The notes beneath the pieces are model-generated. The model searched no databases, was not told the origin of the DNA, and saw only the letters and a program-made list of their open reading frames with translations. From Leptolyngbyaceae cyanobacterium SM1_4_3 (GTDB lineage Bacteria; Cyanobacteriota; Cyanobacteriia; Elainellales; Elainellaceae): a stretch of DNA of 32,000 nt. Below are positions 1 through 8,415 of this stretch, piece by piece. The stretch is from positions 2,325 to 34,324 of the forward strand of contig JAAUTN010000019.1 of the NCBI GenBank assembly GCA_012031415.1, given 5' to 3'. How positions within the stretch are numbered: position 1 is the first letter of the stretch; each line of letters starts with the position of its first letter. A program made the position numbers and the translations under genes.

Positions 1-640
1 CCCGAAACCGCAGAGTCTTTGAGAGATTCTGCTGAAGAGTTCTCGTCGGACTCCTGCTGGACAGACAGAGCCTCAATATTCAAGCTGCTGGATTGGCTGC
101 TGTAAAACACAAGGGCGGCCCACAGCGCCAGCGGAATGCCTAAACCGTACAGCCCAAAGACATAGTGCCAGTCGATCGTGCCAATCCAGCCTGCAATCAG
201 CGGGTAGACGATATTTGCCAGAGTTAAGGTGGTGGCGACGTAGGCGATCGCCTGTGCCCGCGCTTCACCCTGATACAGCTTGCTGACTAGCCCCAAGCCT
301 GCCGCTGCAATGCCGCCATTCGCAATGCCTAGCAGCGCTCGTGTCACCAACAGGGCGCAAAGCTTTGCATTAGCACCCCTGCTGTGCCAAACAGGGCATA
401 GCAAACTAGTGAAGGCAGCAGCAGCCGAATTTGCCCGATTCGGTCAGCCAATATTCCAAGTAACGGCGTGAAGATTGCCAGTGTCAGAAAGTGAAAGCTG
501 ATTAAGTTGCCAGCCTGAGCCGTTTCAAAGTGTAGGCTATTGGCCATTTCTGGCAAAATGGGAGCCAAAATTGCTCCTGTCATGGCAATCAAAGAACTTG
601 CGGCTAGCAACACCAGCAGCCTGGAGTCAGAAAAATTCAT
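1..640 (-). pseudogene. MFS transporter, N-terminal part in window; the frame breaks near 353-355 (pseudogene or sequencing error)
   Basis: ORF 344..640 (MNFSDSRLLVLLAASS...ILADRIGQIRLL) is a typical MFS N-terminus. The minus strand of 1..352 in the adjacent frame continues it as LLVTRALLGIANGGIAAAGLGLVSKLYQGEARAQAIAYVATT... This looks like one gene broken by a 1-nt change in a short C/G run. Confidence 0.7.
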
Positions 641-741
641 AACCTATGTAACTTACTAACTTGGCAACAAAAGAGATGAGATTAATATGTGATTATCGTA
701 TCAGCCTCGTTACCAAGCTCCAGTCTGAAAGACGGGTACCC

Positions 742-774
742 AGATCTGCGACTTCTCGAAGAAGTCGCAGATCT
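742..774 (-). terminator. Perfect 15-3-15 hairpin (AGATCTGCGACTTCT cga AGAAGTCGCAGATCT) downstream of the TolC-like gene
   Basis: The palindrome was read directly from the sequence. It lies 32 nt after the stop of the minus-strand gene 806..2752. There is no clear U-tract, so terminator function is inferred. Confidence 0.45.
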
Positions 775-805
775 TAGCCTTAAGTCCATGCAAGTTGTGT
801 AAGTT

Positions 806-2752
806 TCAAACAGCAAGGGCTAGATCAATCATTGAGAAGTTGCCAGTTGCCCGCTGAAGCGAAGCTAGAGAACGGTTGTAGCCAAGAATTGCTTGCAGTT
901 GATTGACTTCTGCCTGGGTGAGGTCGGCTTGGGCTTGCAGTACTTCGGTTTGAGTGCCAACCCCTGCCCGATAGCGCAGTCGGGCCAGGCGTAGGGCTTC
1001 AGTAGCTAGGTCTACGGCTTGAGTGGCAGTACGCGCATTCTCAAAGCTGGACTGGAGCGTAAAGTAAGCTTGCTCAACTTCGAGCCGCACCTGGTTACGC
1101 ACATCGGCAAATTGGGTTTCGGCGATCGCCACATTTGCTTCCTCCTGGGCGGCTCTGGCTCTCGCGGCCCCGCCGTCAAATAGGTTCATGTTCAGCCGCA
1201 AACCAAGCTGGTAAGTATCATCTAAACTGCCCTCTTGATTTAGCGTATCCTGCACACCATAGCTAGCAAATGCTGAAACCTGGGGTCCCAAATCAGCCAG
1301 TGCTACTCGTCGCTGCTGCTGACTGATTTCACGCTGCACTAACTGCTGCTCCAGTTCTGCCCGATTCTGATAAGCCAGAATAATGCTCTCTTCTAAACTG
1401 GGTAGCCAATCGCCCGCCACCTGAACCGGATCAGCCGCTGCCACGTTCACCGATTCAGCTAGTCCAAGCCGTTGCCGCAGTTGACGACGGGTAATCTGCT
1501 GTTGGCTCAACGCTTCAGTTAAGTCTTGCTGAGCATTTGCGACATCGACCTGTGCCTGAAGCTGTTCAAATCGAGTGCCGATGCCAGCCCGCTCCAGGGC
1601 CGTTGCGTCACGCAGACTGGCTTCCGTTTCCACCAGGGAAGCTTGAGCAATTCTCACCTGTTCGTCAGCTTCCTGAAGGTCATAGTAATCATTCACAACG
1701 TCTAACAGTGTGGCTTCTGAAGTAACTTCTACCTGAAGCTGCTGAAATCGCACTCGCCGCTCAGCCGCACTGATTTGCGCCGATCGCCTGCCTGAGGTAA
1801 ACACGTCATAGTTGAGTTCTACGGAACCGCCCAAAACCGCTGCGGTAGAAGAGTTGTTGCCGCTTTCAATTCCCAGAGCGGCTTCTAGTTCTTCCGATAA
1901 GCCGGAGGAGTTTTGGGTTTGCTGAAGGGTTAGATCAGCGCCAGCCGTTACGCGAGGCAAATTTGCGGCTTGGGCTTCGCGCAATTCTGCCTGAGTGCGT
2001 TCTAACTCTAACTGGGCAGTTTGCAGAGCGAGGTTGTTGCGCTGGGCCAGGGCGATCGCCTGCTCTAGAGTAATCGGCACCGCCTCCCCCACTTCGACCT
2101 GTTCAGGAAGGGTCGGTCGAGACAGCGGGTTGGGGTTGGGGGAAAATTGCTCCAAACTTCCTAAACCTGGGGAAGGAGGCGCTTGAACTTCGATCTCAAC
2201 TTCCGCTTCAATTGAGTCAATTTCCGGCTCGGTTTCCGCTTCAACTTCCAGTTCAATTTCTGATTCAGTCCCAAATTCAGCTTCTGGTTCAGCTTCTATT
2301 TCGACATTGGGTTCAATCTCTGGAACTTGAACAGGTTCAACGTCTGGTTCAGCCTCTACTTCAACGATGGGTTCAATCTCTAGTAGCTGAATCGAGTTTT
2401 GGGGCGCGACGGCTGACCATTCAGGGGAAAGGACTGCATCGACCCTGCCGCTGTTTTCCAGGTCGGGAGCCAGTGCTAGCTCAAGCTTTGGTGCTGACTC
2501 TAGGGACGGCGATGAAATGGGGCGATCGCCTGCTGCTCTATCGGCTATTTCTCTATCAGCAAAGGGTTTAGCAGGCTCTACTTCAGGTGGGTCAACAACC
2601 GGACTGGGTTCAGGCTTTGCCTGATTAGCAATATCGACCGGGCTTTCTTTGGTTTCTTCTGGAGCCGGGGTGGGAGTGGCGATCGCCCGTCGAGTAATCG
2701 CCTGAGCCAGGATGAATGTAAGGGTGCAAAATACAAAAGTTGAAAGGCGCAT
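806..2752 (-). CDS. TolC-family outer membrane efflux protein with a roughly 200-aa Pro/Glu-rich N-terminal extension
   Basis: 648-aa ORF with a signal-peptide-like N-terminus (MRLSTFVFCTLTFILAQAITRRAIA). From about aa 225 the C-terminal part (ITLEQAIALAQRNNLALQ..., a repeated coiled-coil/beta pattern, YRAGVGTQTEVLQAQ) is typical of outer membrane factor (OEP) proteins. Confidence 0.85.
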   Translation of the reverse strand: MRLSTFVFCTLTFILAQAITRRAIATPTPAPEETKESPVDIANQAKPEPSPVVDPPEVEPAKPFADREIADRAAGDRPISSPSLESAPKLELALAPDLENSGRVDAVLSPEWSAVAPQNSIQLLEIEPIVEVEAEPDVEPVQVPEIEPNVEIEAEPEAEFGTESEIELEVEAETEPEIDSIEAEVEIEVQAPPSPGLGSLEQFSPNPNPLSRPTLPEQVEVGEAVPITLEQAIALAQRNNLALQTAQLELERTQAELREAQAANLPRVTAGADLTLQQTQNSSGLSEELEAALGIESGNNSSTAAVLGGSVELNYDVFTSGRRSAQISAAERRVRFQQLQVEVTSEATLLDVVNDYYDLQEADEQVRIAQASLVETEASLRDATALERAGIGTRFEQLQAQVDVANAQQDLTEALSQQQITRRQLRQRLGLAESVNVAAADPVQVAGDWLPSLEESIILAYQNRAELEQQLVQREISQQQRRVALADLGPQVSAFASYGVQDTLNQEGSLDDTYQLGLRLNMNLFDGGAARARAAQEEANVAIAETQFADVRNQVRLEVEQAYFTLQSSFENARTATQAVDLATEALRLARLRYRAGVGTQTEVLQAQADLTQAEVNQLQAILGYNRSLASLQRATGNFSMIDLALAV

Positions 2753-2899
2753 GGAAACATTTACCTGGAACCTTGTTTAGATTGCCGGGTAGGGAATTTT
2801 TGTCGGGTGTCACCTCAGATCTTGCACTCCAGGACATCGTGATCCGGAAGGTCATTGATGATTACAGAATGAACCTCTAGTTAAGACAAGGGGCTTGCA

Positions 2900-3089
2900 G
2901 CGTCTTGCAGACGAATAAGCCACAGGGAGGTCAAACGACCATTCATTACTACAGAGATATAGCGGTAGCCATATTGATTAGGACATTTTGGTGGCGCGGC
3001 GGAGCCGCGCCACCAAAATGTCCGTGTCCTAACCTAGCCTGACTATAGCTATATGTGTTTTGTGCAAGTGAAAACTGCTGTAAGCGATG
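2900..3089. repeat. Mosaic of short dispersed repeat modules, including a 20-3-20 perfect hairpin at 2981..3023
   Basis: 2900..2930 (gcgtcttgcagacgaataagccacagg) recurs at 13487..13517. 3063..3089 (tgcaagtgaaaactgctgtaag) recurs at 13555..13580. The hairpin ggacattttggtggcgcggc-gga-gccgcgccaccaaaatgtcc has a relative at 27057..27103. Confidence 0.8.
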
Positions 3090-3129
3090 TATCTTGCCGC
3101 AATGTGCAATTTTTTACCTGGACTCTTGT

Positions 3130-3180
3130 GGGATGGGCATCTTGCCCATCCAAATCAAGCAGGCAAGATGCCTGCTCCAC
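3130..3180. repeat. Double-hairpin dispersed repeat (gggatgggcatcttgcccatcc ... caggcaagatgcctg)
   Basis: A near-identical copy in inverted orientation lies at 22441..22491. A related hairpin, ggacaggcatcttgtcc, lies at 13607..13623. Confidence 0.8.
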
Positions 3181-3247
3181 AGGAAACCAGGGTTTCCAAA
3201 ACTTTAGCTGCACATCGCGTTATACCAATTCTTGATGAAGTTGTGCT

Positions 3248-3273
3248 GAACAAGGGGCTTAAGCCCCTTGTTC
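3248..3273. repeat. Palindromic hairpin GAACAAGGGGCTTAAGCCCCTTGTTC
   Basis: The same palindrome occurs at 17414..17437 and 31058..31083. Degenerate copies lie at 12988..13012 and 27159..27184. Confidence 0.85.
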
Positions 3274-3354
3274 CACCAGGATTCATTTTGTGCAAGCTCA
3301 AATTAAATTGGTATTAGGTTGGGTCGATCTACTGAAGATGGGTAACGAGTAAAA

Positions 3355-3510
3355 CCCGAATTCAATGAACGCCGACCCGAATTCAATAAACGCCGACCTG
3401 ATTTCAATGAACGCTGACCCGAATTCAATAAACGCTAACCCAAATTCAATGAACGTTAACCTGATTTCAACAAACGCCAACCCGAATTCAATGAACGCTA
3501 ACCCGAATAA
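3355..3510. repeat. Tandem array of 7 full and 1 partial 21-bp units (consensus CCCGAATTCAATGAACGCYRA)
   Basis: I cut the units by hand: 3355, 3376, 3397, 3418, 3439, 3460, 3481, with a partial unit at 3502. Every third unit (3397, 3460) is the variant CCTGATTTCAA, which gives a 63-bp higher-order period. Confidence 0.95.
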
Positions 3511-3597
3511 AAGGATTGACTGCTTGAATTGCTTGACAGTTGCCTGAGCTTAAAGAAACAAGTTCTGCTTGCTCAATTCGCTACTGTCCCTATGGAC

Positions 3598-4566
3598 CTA
3601 ATCTGGAATCTTGATGTTGTCCAGCGCTTTTGTCTCCGCGGGGAACTGAGGATTCAGGGCTTCGAGGGTGTCGGCGATCGCTCGTGCCACAACCAGATTG
3701 CGATACCACTTTTTATTTGCAGGCACCACATACCAGGGAGCATACTCAGTCGAGCAGTTGGTAATTGCATCTTCAAAGGCAAGCTGATAATCATCCCAAA
3801 ACTGACGTTCCTTAATATCGCTAAAAGAAAACTTCCAGCGTTTATCCGGGTTCTGTAAGCGGCTATCTAGACGCTTCTTTTGCTCATCTTTAGAAATGTG
3901 CAGAAAGAACTTGACCACCATGATGTGATTGAGTGTGAGCATATGTTCAAACTCATTAATCAGCCGATAGCGCTTACGCCAGACGTTTTCTGGCACTAAT
4001 TTTTTAACTCGAACGATTAATACGTCCTCATAGTGCGATCGGTTGAAGATAGTAATCATGCCGCGAGGGGGAGTTCGCTGATGATAGCGCCAGAGAAAGT
4101 CATGGCTGAGTTCTTCTACGCTTGGCTGTTTGAATGACCAAACCTGACACCCTTGGGGATTAATTCCTTGAAACACATTTTTGATTGTGCCGTCTTTGCC
4201 GCCTGTATCCATTGCCTGTAAAACAATCAGCAAACTGCGCTGCTGTTCTGCAAACAGCCGTTCCTGTAAGTTCTGCAAGCGCCCCCTTTGCCGTTCCAGT
4301 TCTGCTTCTACATCTTTCCTGCTTTTGTAGGATTCAGAGGCGTTTGGGTCAATGTCAGCCAGTCGAAACGGTTTCCCTGAGTGAACTCGATAAAGCGGGT
4401 AGTTTGGTTTGGGTGGGGGTTCGTTTACAACGACCGTTTCCGGTGACATTACCTCTGAAACCGTTGCCGTTGCCGCTGCCGCTGCTGCTTTTGTCTCAGA
4501 AGTTTCTGCATCGCCACTACCAGGGGGAATGAAACTGCGATCGCCGGGTGAATTAGACTGGCTCAT
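3598..4566 (-). CDS. ppk2: Polyphosphate kinase 2 family (polyphosphate:nucleotide phosphotransferase)
   Basis: PPK2 hallmarks are present: LQAMDTGGKDGTIK (Walker A-like) and FNRSHYEDVL. There is a low-complexity N-terminal stretch of about 60 aa. Confidence 0.9.
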   Translation of the reverse strand: MSQSNSPGDRSFIPPGSGDAETSETKAAAAAATATVSEVMSPETVVVNEPPPKPNYPLYRVHSGKPFRLADIDPNASESYKSRKDVEAELERQRGRLQNLQERLFAEQQRSLLIVLQAMDTGGKDGTIKNVFQGINPQGCQVWSFKQPSVEELSHDFLWRYHQRTPPRGMITIFNRSHYEDVLIVRVKKLVPENVWRKRYRLINEFEHMLTLNHIMVVKFFLHISKDEQKKRLDSRLQNPDKRWKFSFSDIKERQFWDDYQLAFEDAITNCSTEYAPWYVVPANKKWYRNLVVARAIADTLEALNPQFPAETKALDNIKIPD

Positions 4567-4677
4567 GAGGAGTTCTCGCTGAAGCGTACACGAGGTTTAT
4601 GTGATAGCCGTAGGGTAACGTATTTGTTGGATGCGATACATCCCTCCTCTGTTAGAGTTTGCAATTTGATTATTCGG

Positions 4678-5713
4678 TCAACCCGCTTCAAAGCCTGATA
4701 AAACCTGAACCGCATTGATGCCGATTTCATCCACCGCATAGCCGCCTTCCATGATGAAGAGGGTGGGTTGGTTGAGGCGGGCGATCGCCTTCCCAATTTT
4801 TGGATAGTCTTCCTGCTTCAGGCAAAACTTTGAGATCGGGTCATGCTCAAAGGTATCTACTCCAAGTGAGATAATCACCACATCAGGAGCGTACTCCCAA
4901 ATATGGTTGACAGCATCCGTAAGCGCTGCTCCATACGTGTTCCAGTCTGTTCCCCAACGCAGAGGATAGTTGCGATTGAACCCTTCACCCTGCCCTACGC
5001 CGATCTCATCTTCGTAGCCTAAGAAGTAGGGGTACTCATCTTGGGGATGGGCATGAAGAGAGACAAAGAAGACATCAGAGCGATCGTAAAAGATAGATTG
5101 GGTGCCGTTGCCGTGATGATAGTCAATATCCAGTACAGCAACTCGCGCTGCGCCTGCCTCTCGAAAGGCTTGAGTGGCGATCGCGCATTATTCAAAAAAC
5201 AATAGCCTCCATAAAGGTCACGCGCCGCATGGTGCCCAGGGGGGCGACACAGCGCAAAAGCAGATGGCTCTCCGTTTGACACCCACTCTTGTCCGGTTAG
5301 CGCCACATTAGCAGAAGCTTGGATGGCTCTCCAGGTTCCAGCGGTAATCGGCGTACCTGCATCAAAAGAGTAATAGCTAAGTTTCCCGTCGATTGCTGCT
5401 GGAATGCGATCTTGGCGCATTGTTCGAGTTGCCCAGTTGAGCGGCAGCGCATCATAGTTGCCGTGAGCCGCTACCCACTCCTCCCAGGCAGTGCTGAGAA
5501 ACGTGACAAACTGCTCATCGTGTACTCGTAGAATCGGTTCAAGCCCAAATGCTCTAGGCGACAACACTTCACCCAGGTTTGCCGATCGCACCTGTGCAAG
5601 CACCATTTCTGCTCGTTTTGGTATCTCAAACGGAGGTAAAAACTTACCGTCGATGAGTTCTGCCGTTGCATTTTGGTAATGATGCTCGTCGCTGTAATGG
5701 TGATCATTTTCAA
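4678..5713 (-). pseudogene. Histone deacetylase-family / acetylpolyamine amidohydrolase-like gene with two apparent 1-nt frame breaks
   Basis: ORF 5019..5606 reads correctly up to CRPPGHHAARDLYGGYCFLNNA and then goes out of frame at about 5184-5187. The adjacent frame continues AIATQAFREAGAARVAVLDIDYHHGNGTQSIFY...VVIISLGVDTFEHDPISKF... to the stop at 4678. The conserved N-terminus (YSDEHHYQNATAELIDGKFLPPFEIPKRAE) has no in-frame start. The TTG/ATG start at 5713/5707 lies one frame off. Confidence 0.75.
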
Positions 5714-5719
5714 ATTCTG

Positions 5720-6294
5720 CTAAAGTCCTGCTTGATGAAATGCTGTGATTAAATCTTCTGATAAGCTAAGCGTTTCTGCCCATCGCTCTAAATAGCCAAA
5801 CTGTAGCTCCTCTCCCTGGAGCTTAAGTACACCTAAAACATCTCGCCACTGTTTAAGCTGATGATATTGAAGCATGAAGTGCGATCGCTCAGCGCTTCCT
5901 CCACTGCCGACTCACTTATATAAAACTCCTGATCAAAGGCCGCAAGTAGCACTCTAGACTGGTGGGGAGAAATCTCAATCACAAGATCGAGAGCTTCACT
6001 AAAACGAGGTTCTCCCCACAGAGAGCTAGCAAGGGGACCTCCAATGTAATACGGAACCCAAATGCCATCCAGGATCGCAGTAACTCTAATCGCAAGGCCA
6101 ATAGGGTCTTCAATCACGGATTTAGTTGGGCTAATCTGACGAATTGCCTGGTCAATTCTTTGGACTCGTTCCGCTTTACTTTCACAATTCAGTTGTCGCA
6201 ACAAATTAAACATCAGCACATCTGCATCAATACTCGTGTCGTCGGATTGAGGTTGATATCCTGGTTTAACGATTGCTTTAGGAATAGGAGGCAT
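5720..6294 (-). pseudogene. Nucleotidyltransferase-like cyanobacterial protein with an out-of-frame internal deletion
   Basis: The N-terminal part is MPPIPKAIVKPGYQPQSDDTSIDADVLMFNLLRQ...VPYYIGGPLASSLWGEPRFSEALDLVIE...CFNIISL. It then stops. A different frame from about 5851 encodes the family's typical C-terminal tail, QWRDVLGVLKLQGEELQFGYLERWAETLSLSEDLITAFHQAGL*. Roughly 60-70 aa between the two parts are missing. Confidence 0.55.
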
Positions 6295-6583
6295 TTTTAG
6301 GATTGCTATAGTAACTCTCTTTATCCTTAAACAAAGGATTTTGCTAAAGCCACCCGTACAGGTGATTGACAAGGTTTCTCAAATTGAAGTTCTAAGCCGT
6401 ATTCATGAAGATTTAGAAAAACATTGAAATGAACCGTTCAGGTGAGGATCACAACCACAGGTAAGAGTTAGACTAATTTATGAGTTTATCCTCCCAATTG
6501 GTTAGTTCCATAGGAAGAAAGGAAAAATTTCTCCCAGCAAGCAATTTAATTCAAATTCTAAAACGATTCTGATTTAGCTAACG

Positions 6584-7840
6584 TTGAGACCTAAACCTCA
6601 TTACTGCGTTAACCCGACTTGCCCCCATCCGGCTGATTCCGACAGCGCATCAGCTACAGTGTGTCGTCACTGTAACTCGCTGCTGCTGCTGCACGATCGA
6701 TATCGCGTCAAGCGGCAGATTGGAGAAGGTGGCTTTGGCAAAACTTACCTGGTTGAGGACACGCTGAATGTCAGGTTAGGCAAGCCAGAGACGCAGAAAG
6801 TTCTCAAGGTTCTGCTGAATCAGTCACCGATCGCCGCCAAGCTATTTCAGCGAGAAGCAAAAGTCCTGCGACAGCTTCGCCATCCAGGAATTCCCAGAGT
6901 AGAAGAGGAATGCTTTCAGTTTCGCCCTGGTTCTGGGACTGAAATGCTGCACTGTCTAGTGATGGAGTTTATCGAAGGGGTTGACTTAAATTCATGGGTC
7001 AATTCACGCAGTAAGCTGCGCCGAGCCGTGACTCAAGCTCAGGCGATCGCCTGGTTAAAGCAACTGGTTGACATTCTGGGAGTGCTGCACAATAACTCGG
7101 TGCAGCAGTGCTTTCACCGCGACATCAAGCCGTCCAACATCATCTGCCGTCCAAATGGTCAGCTTGTGCTGATTGACTTTGGGGCGGTGCGAGAAGTTAC
7201 TCCTACCATGCTGGTGAAAGTGGGCGGCGGGCAGGCCCTAACCGGAATTTGCTCTCCTGGCTATGCTCCACCCGAACAAATCGACGGCAGACCGCTACCC
7301 CAGTCTGACTTTTTTGCCCTGGGTCGCACTCTGGTCCATCTGCTAACGAGCAAACACCCACTAGAACTGGATGTTGACCTCTACACAGGAGAACTGCGCT
7401 GGCGAGATCAGGCTCCGTCAATCCGTGCCCCGTTAGCAGACCTGATTGATCATTTAATGTCCCCGGTAGTGGGCAGACGACCGCCAAACACCGACGCAAT
7501 CTGGCAGCGGCTAGATGCCATTGAGCATGGCTATGACCTTCAGGATTATCCTCAGCAGCAGGATCACGAACAGGAGACTGCGCTGTTGCCCCAACGCTCT
7601 CGGTTAGAAAAGCTGCGCTGGGCGTTGGCAGTACCCGGAGTGGCGATCGCTCTAAGTGTCGGGGTAGCAGGCTGGCAGTGGGGAGCGATGCGAATGGCAA
7701 CGGCTTACCATGAGCGGGGAATTACTCACCAGATTGCGAAGGAACTGTATTTGGCACAGGTTGATCTGGAGCGGGCGATCGCCTCAAACCTGACTACCCC
7801 GAAGCCTACTTCCACTTGGGGCGCAACTATGAGCAGCTAG
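6584..7840 (+). CDS. Ser/Thr protein kinase with an N-terminal 4-Cys zinc-ribbon prefix and a transmembrane segment
   Basis: CVNPTCPHP...CRHCNS Cys cluster; HRDIKPSNII catalytic loop; DFG; SPGYAPPEQ. A hydrophobic segment, LRWALAVPGVAIALSVGVAGW, follows the kinase domain. The last 19 aa or so are out-of-frame read-through (see the TPR feature). Confidence 0.85.
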   Translation: MRPKPHYCVNPTCPHPADSDSASATVCRHCNSLLLLHDRYRVKRQIGEGGFGKTYLVEDTLNVRLGKPETQKVLKVLLNQSPIAAKLFQREAKVLRQLRHPGIPRVEEECFQFRPGSGTEMLHCLVMEFIEGVDLNSWVNSRSKLRRAVTQAQAIAWLKQLVDILGVLHNNSVQQCFHRDIKPSNIICRPNGQLVLIDFGAVREVTPTMLVKVGGGQALTGICSPGYAPPEQIDGRPLPQSDFFALGRTLVHLLTSKHPLELDVDLYTGELRWRDQAPSIRAPLADLIDHLMSPVVGRRPPNTDAIWQRLDAIEHGYDLQDYPQQQDHEQETALLPQRSRLEKLRWALAVPGVAIALSVGVAGWQWGAMRMATAYHERGITHQIAKELYLAQVDLERAIASNLTTPKPTSTWGATMSS

Positions 7841-8415
7841 GCGACCTGGATCAAGCCCGCACGGCTTACGCCACCGCTCAAGCAGCAGGGCTACCAGAGG
7901 CTTACAGCAACCTGGCGCGGCTCCACATCCTGGCAGAACAGCCACAACAGGCAATTTCGCTGCTGCAAGCAGGGTTAAAACTGGAGCAAAGTGATACTGT
8001 TCGATATTCCATGCTCAAAAATTTGGGCTGGGCTTACTTGAGTCAGGCTAACTATCCTGAAGCAGCATCTCATTTGAAAGCTGCAATCCAGCTAAACAAC
8101 GAGGAAGCGTCCGCCTACTGCCTGATGGCACAGTTGCTAGAAAGTCAGGGATCAACTGATGTGCTGGCAAACTGGGAGTCTTGCCGCCGCTATGCGTCTC
8201 GAATGCACCCCGACCAGAGACAGTGGCTTCAGGAGGCTGAGCAATATCTGGCGACGGTTCAGGCTAAAGCTCAGTTAGAAAACCAGTCAAATGTTCAGTT
8301 AGAGAACCAGTCAAACTATTCACCTATTCGCTCTTCTAGCGATGGGGGCATTCAACCTAGCATTCAGCCACCTGTGTCAGGCTTACAGCATTTGGCGACA
8401 GATGGAGGCGAATAA
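7816..8415 (+). CDS. TPR-repeat region, probably the C-terminal continuation of the kinase
   Basis: This frame is open back to 7783 and reads LKPDYPEAYFHLGRNYEQLGDLDQARTAY, a canonical TPR. The kinase frame reads LERAIA up to 7783. The two frames share C7783, which implies one missing C right after the HIP1 site at 7775..7782. Confidence 0.7.
   Translation: MGRNYEQLGDLDQARTAYATAQAAGLPEAYSNLARLHILAEQPQQAISLLQAGLKLEQSDTVRYSMLKNLGWAYLSQANYPEAASHLKAAIQLNNEEASAYCLMAQLLESQGSTDVLANWESCRRYASRMHPDQRQWLQEAEQYLATVQAKAQLENQSNVQLENQSNYSPIRSSSDGGIQPSIQPPVSGLQHLATDGGE

Noticed and set aside
2212-2571. 119-aa plus-strand ORF opposite the TolC-like gene, plus similar antisense ORFs (1537..1725, 1995..2186, 7203..7700, 12572..12970, 20314..20751, 4185..4532)
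   Set aside because: These are shadow ORFs on the opposite strand of well-supported genes. Their composition is low-complexity or biased, and they resemble no family.
3355-3510. Possible CRISPR array
   Set aside because: The units are directly tandem with no unique spacers, the period is 21 bp, and no cas genes lie nearby.
3298-3547. ORFs 3298..3480 (-) and 3365..3547 (+) encoding heptad-repeat peptides (AFIEFGS… and MNADPNSI…)
   Set aside because: Both lie inside the 21-bp tandem array. A repeat whose length is a multiple of 3 keeps frames open on both strands by construction. Neither has a convincing start context, and the peptides resemble no protein family.
4563-4796. 77-aa minus-strand ORF bridging ppk2 and the deacetylase-like gene
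   Set aside because: It overlaps the well-conserved C-terminus of the deacetylase-like gene in another frame (…LFIMEGGYAVDEIGINAVQVLSGFEAG*). The conserved frame explains the region.
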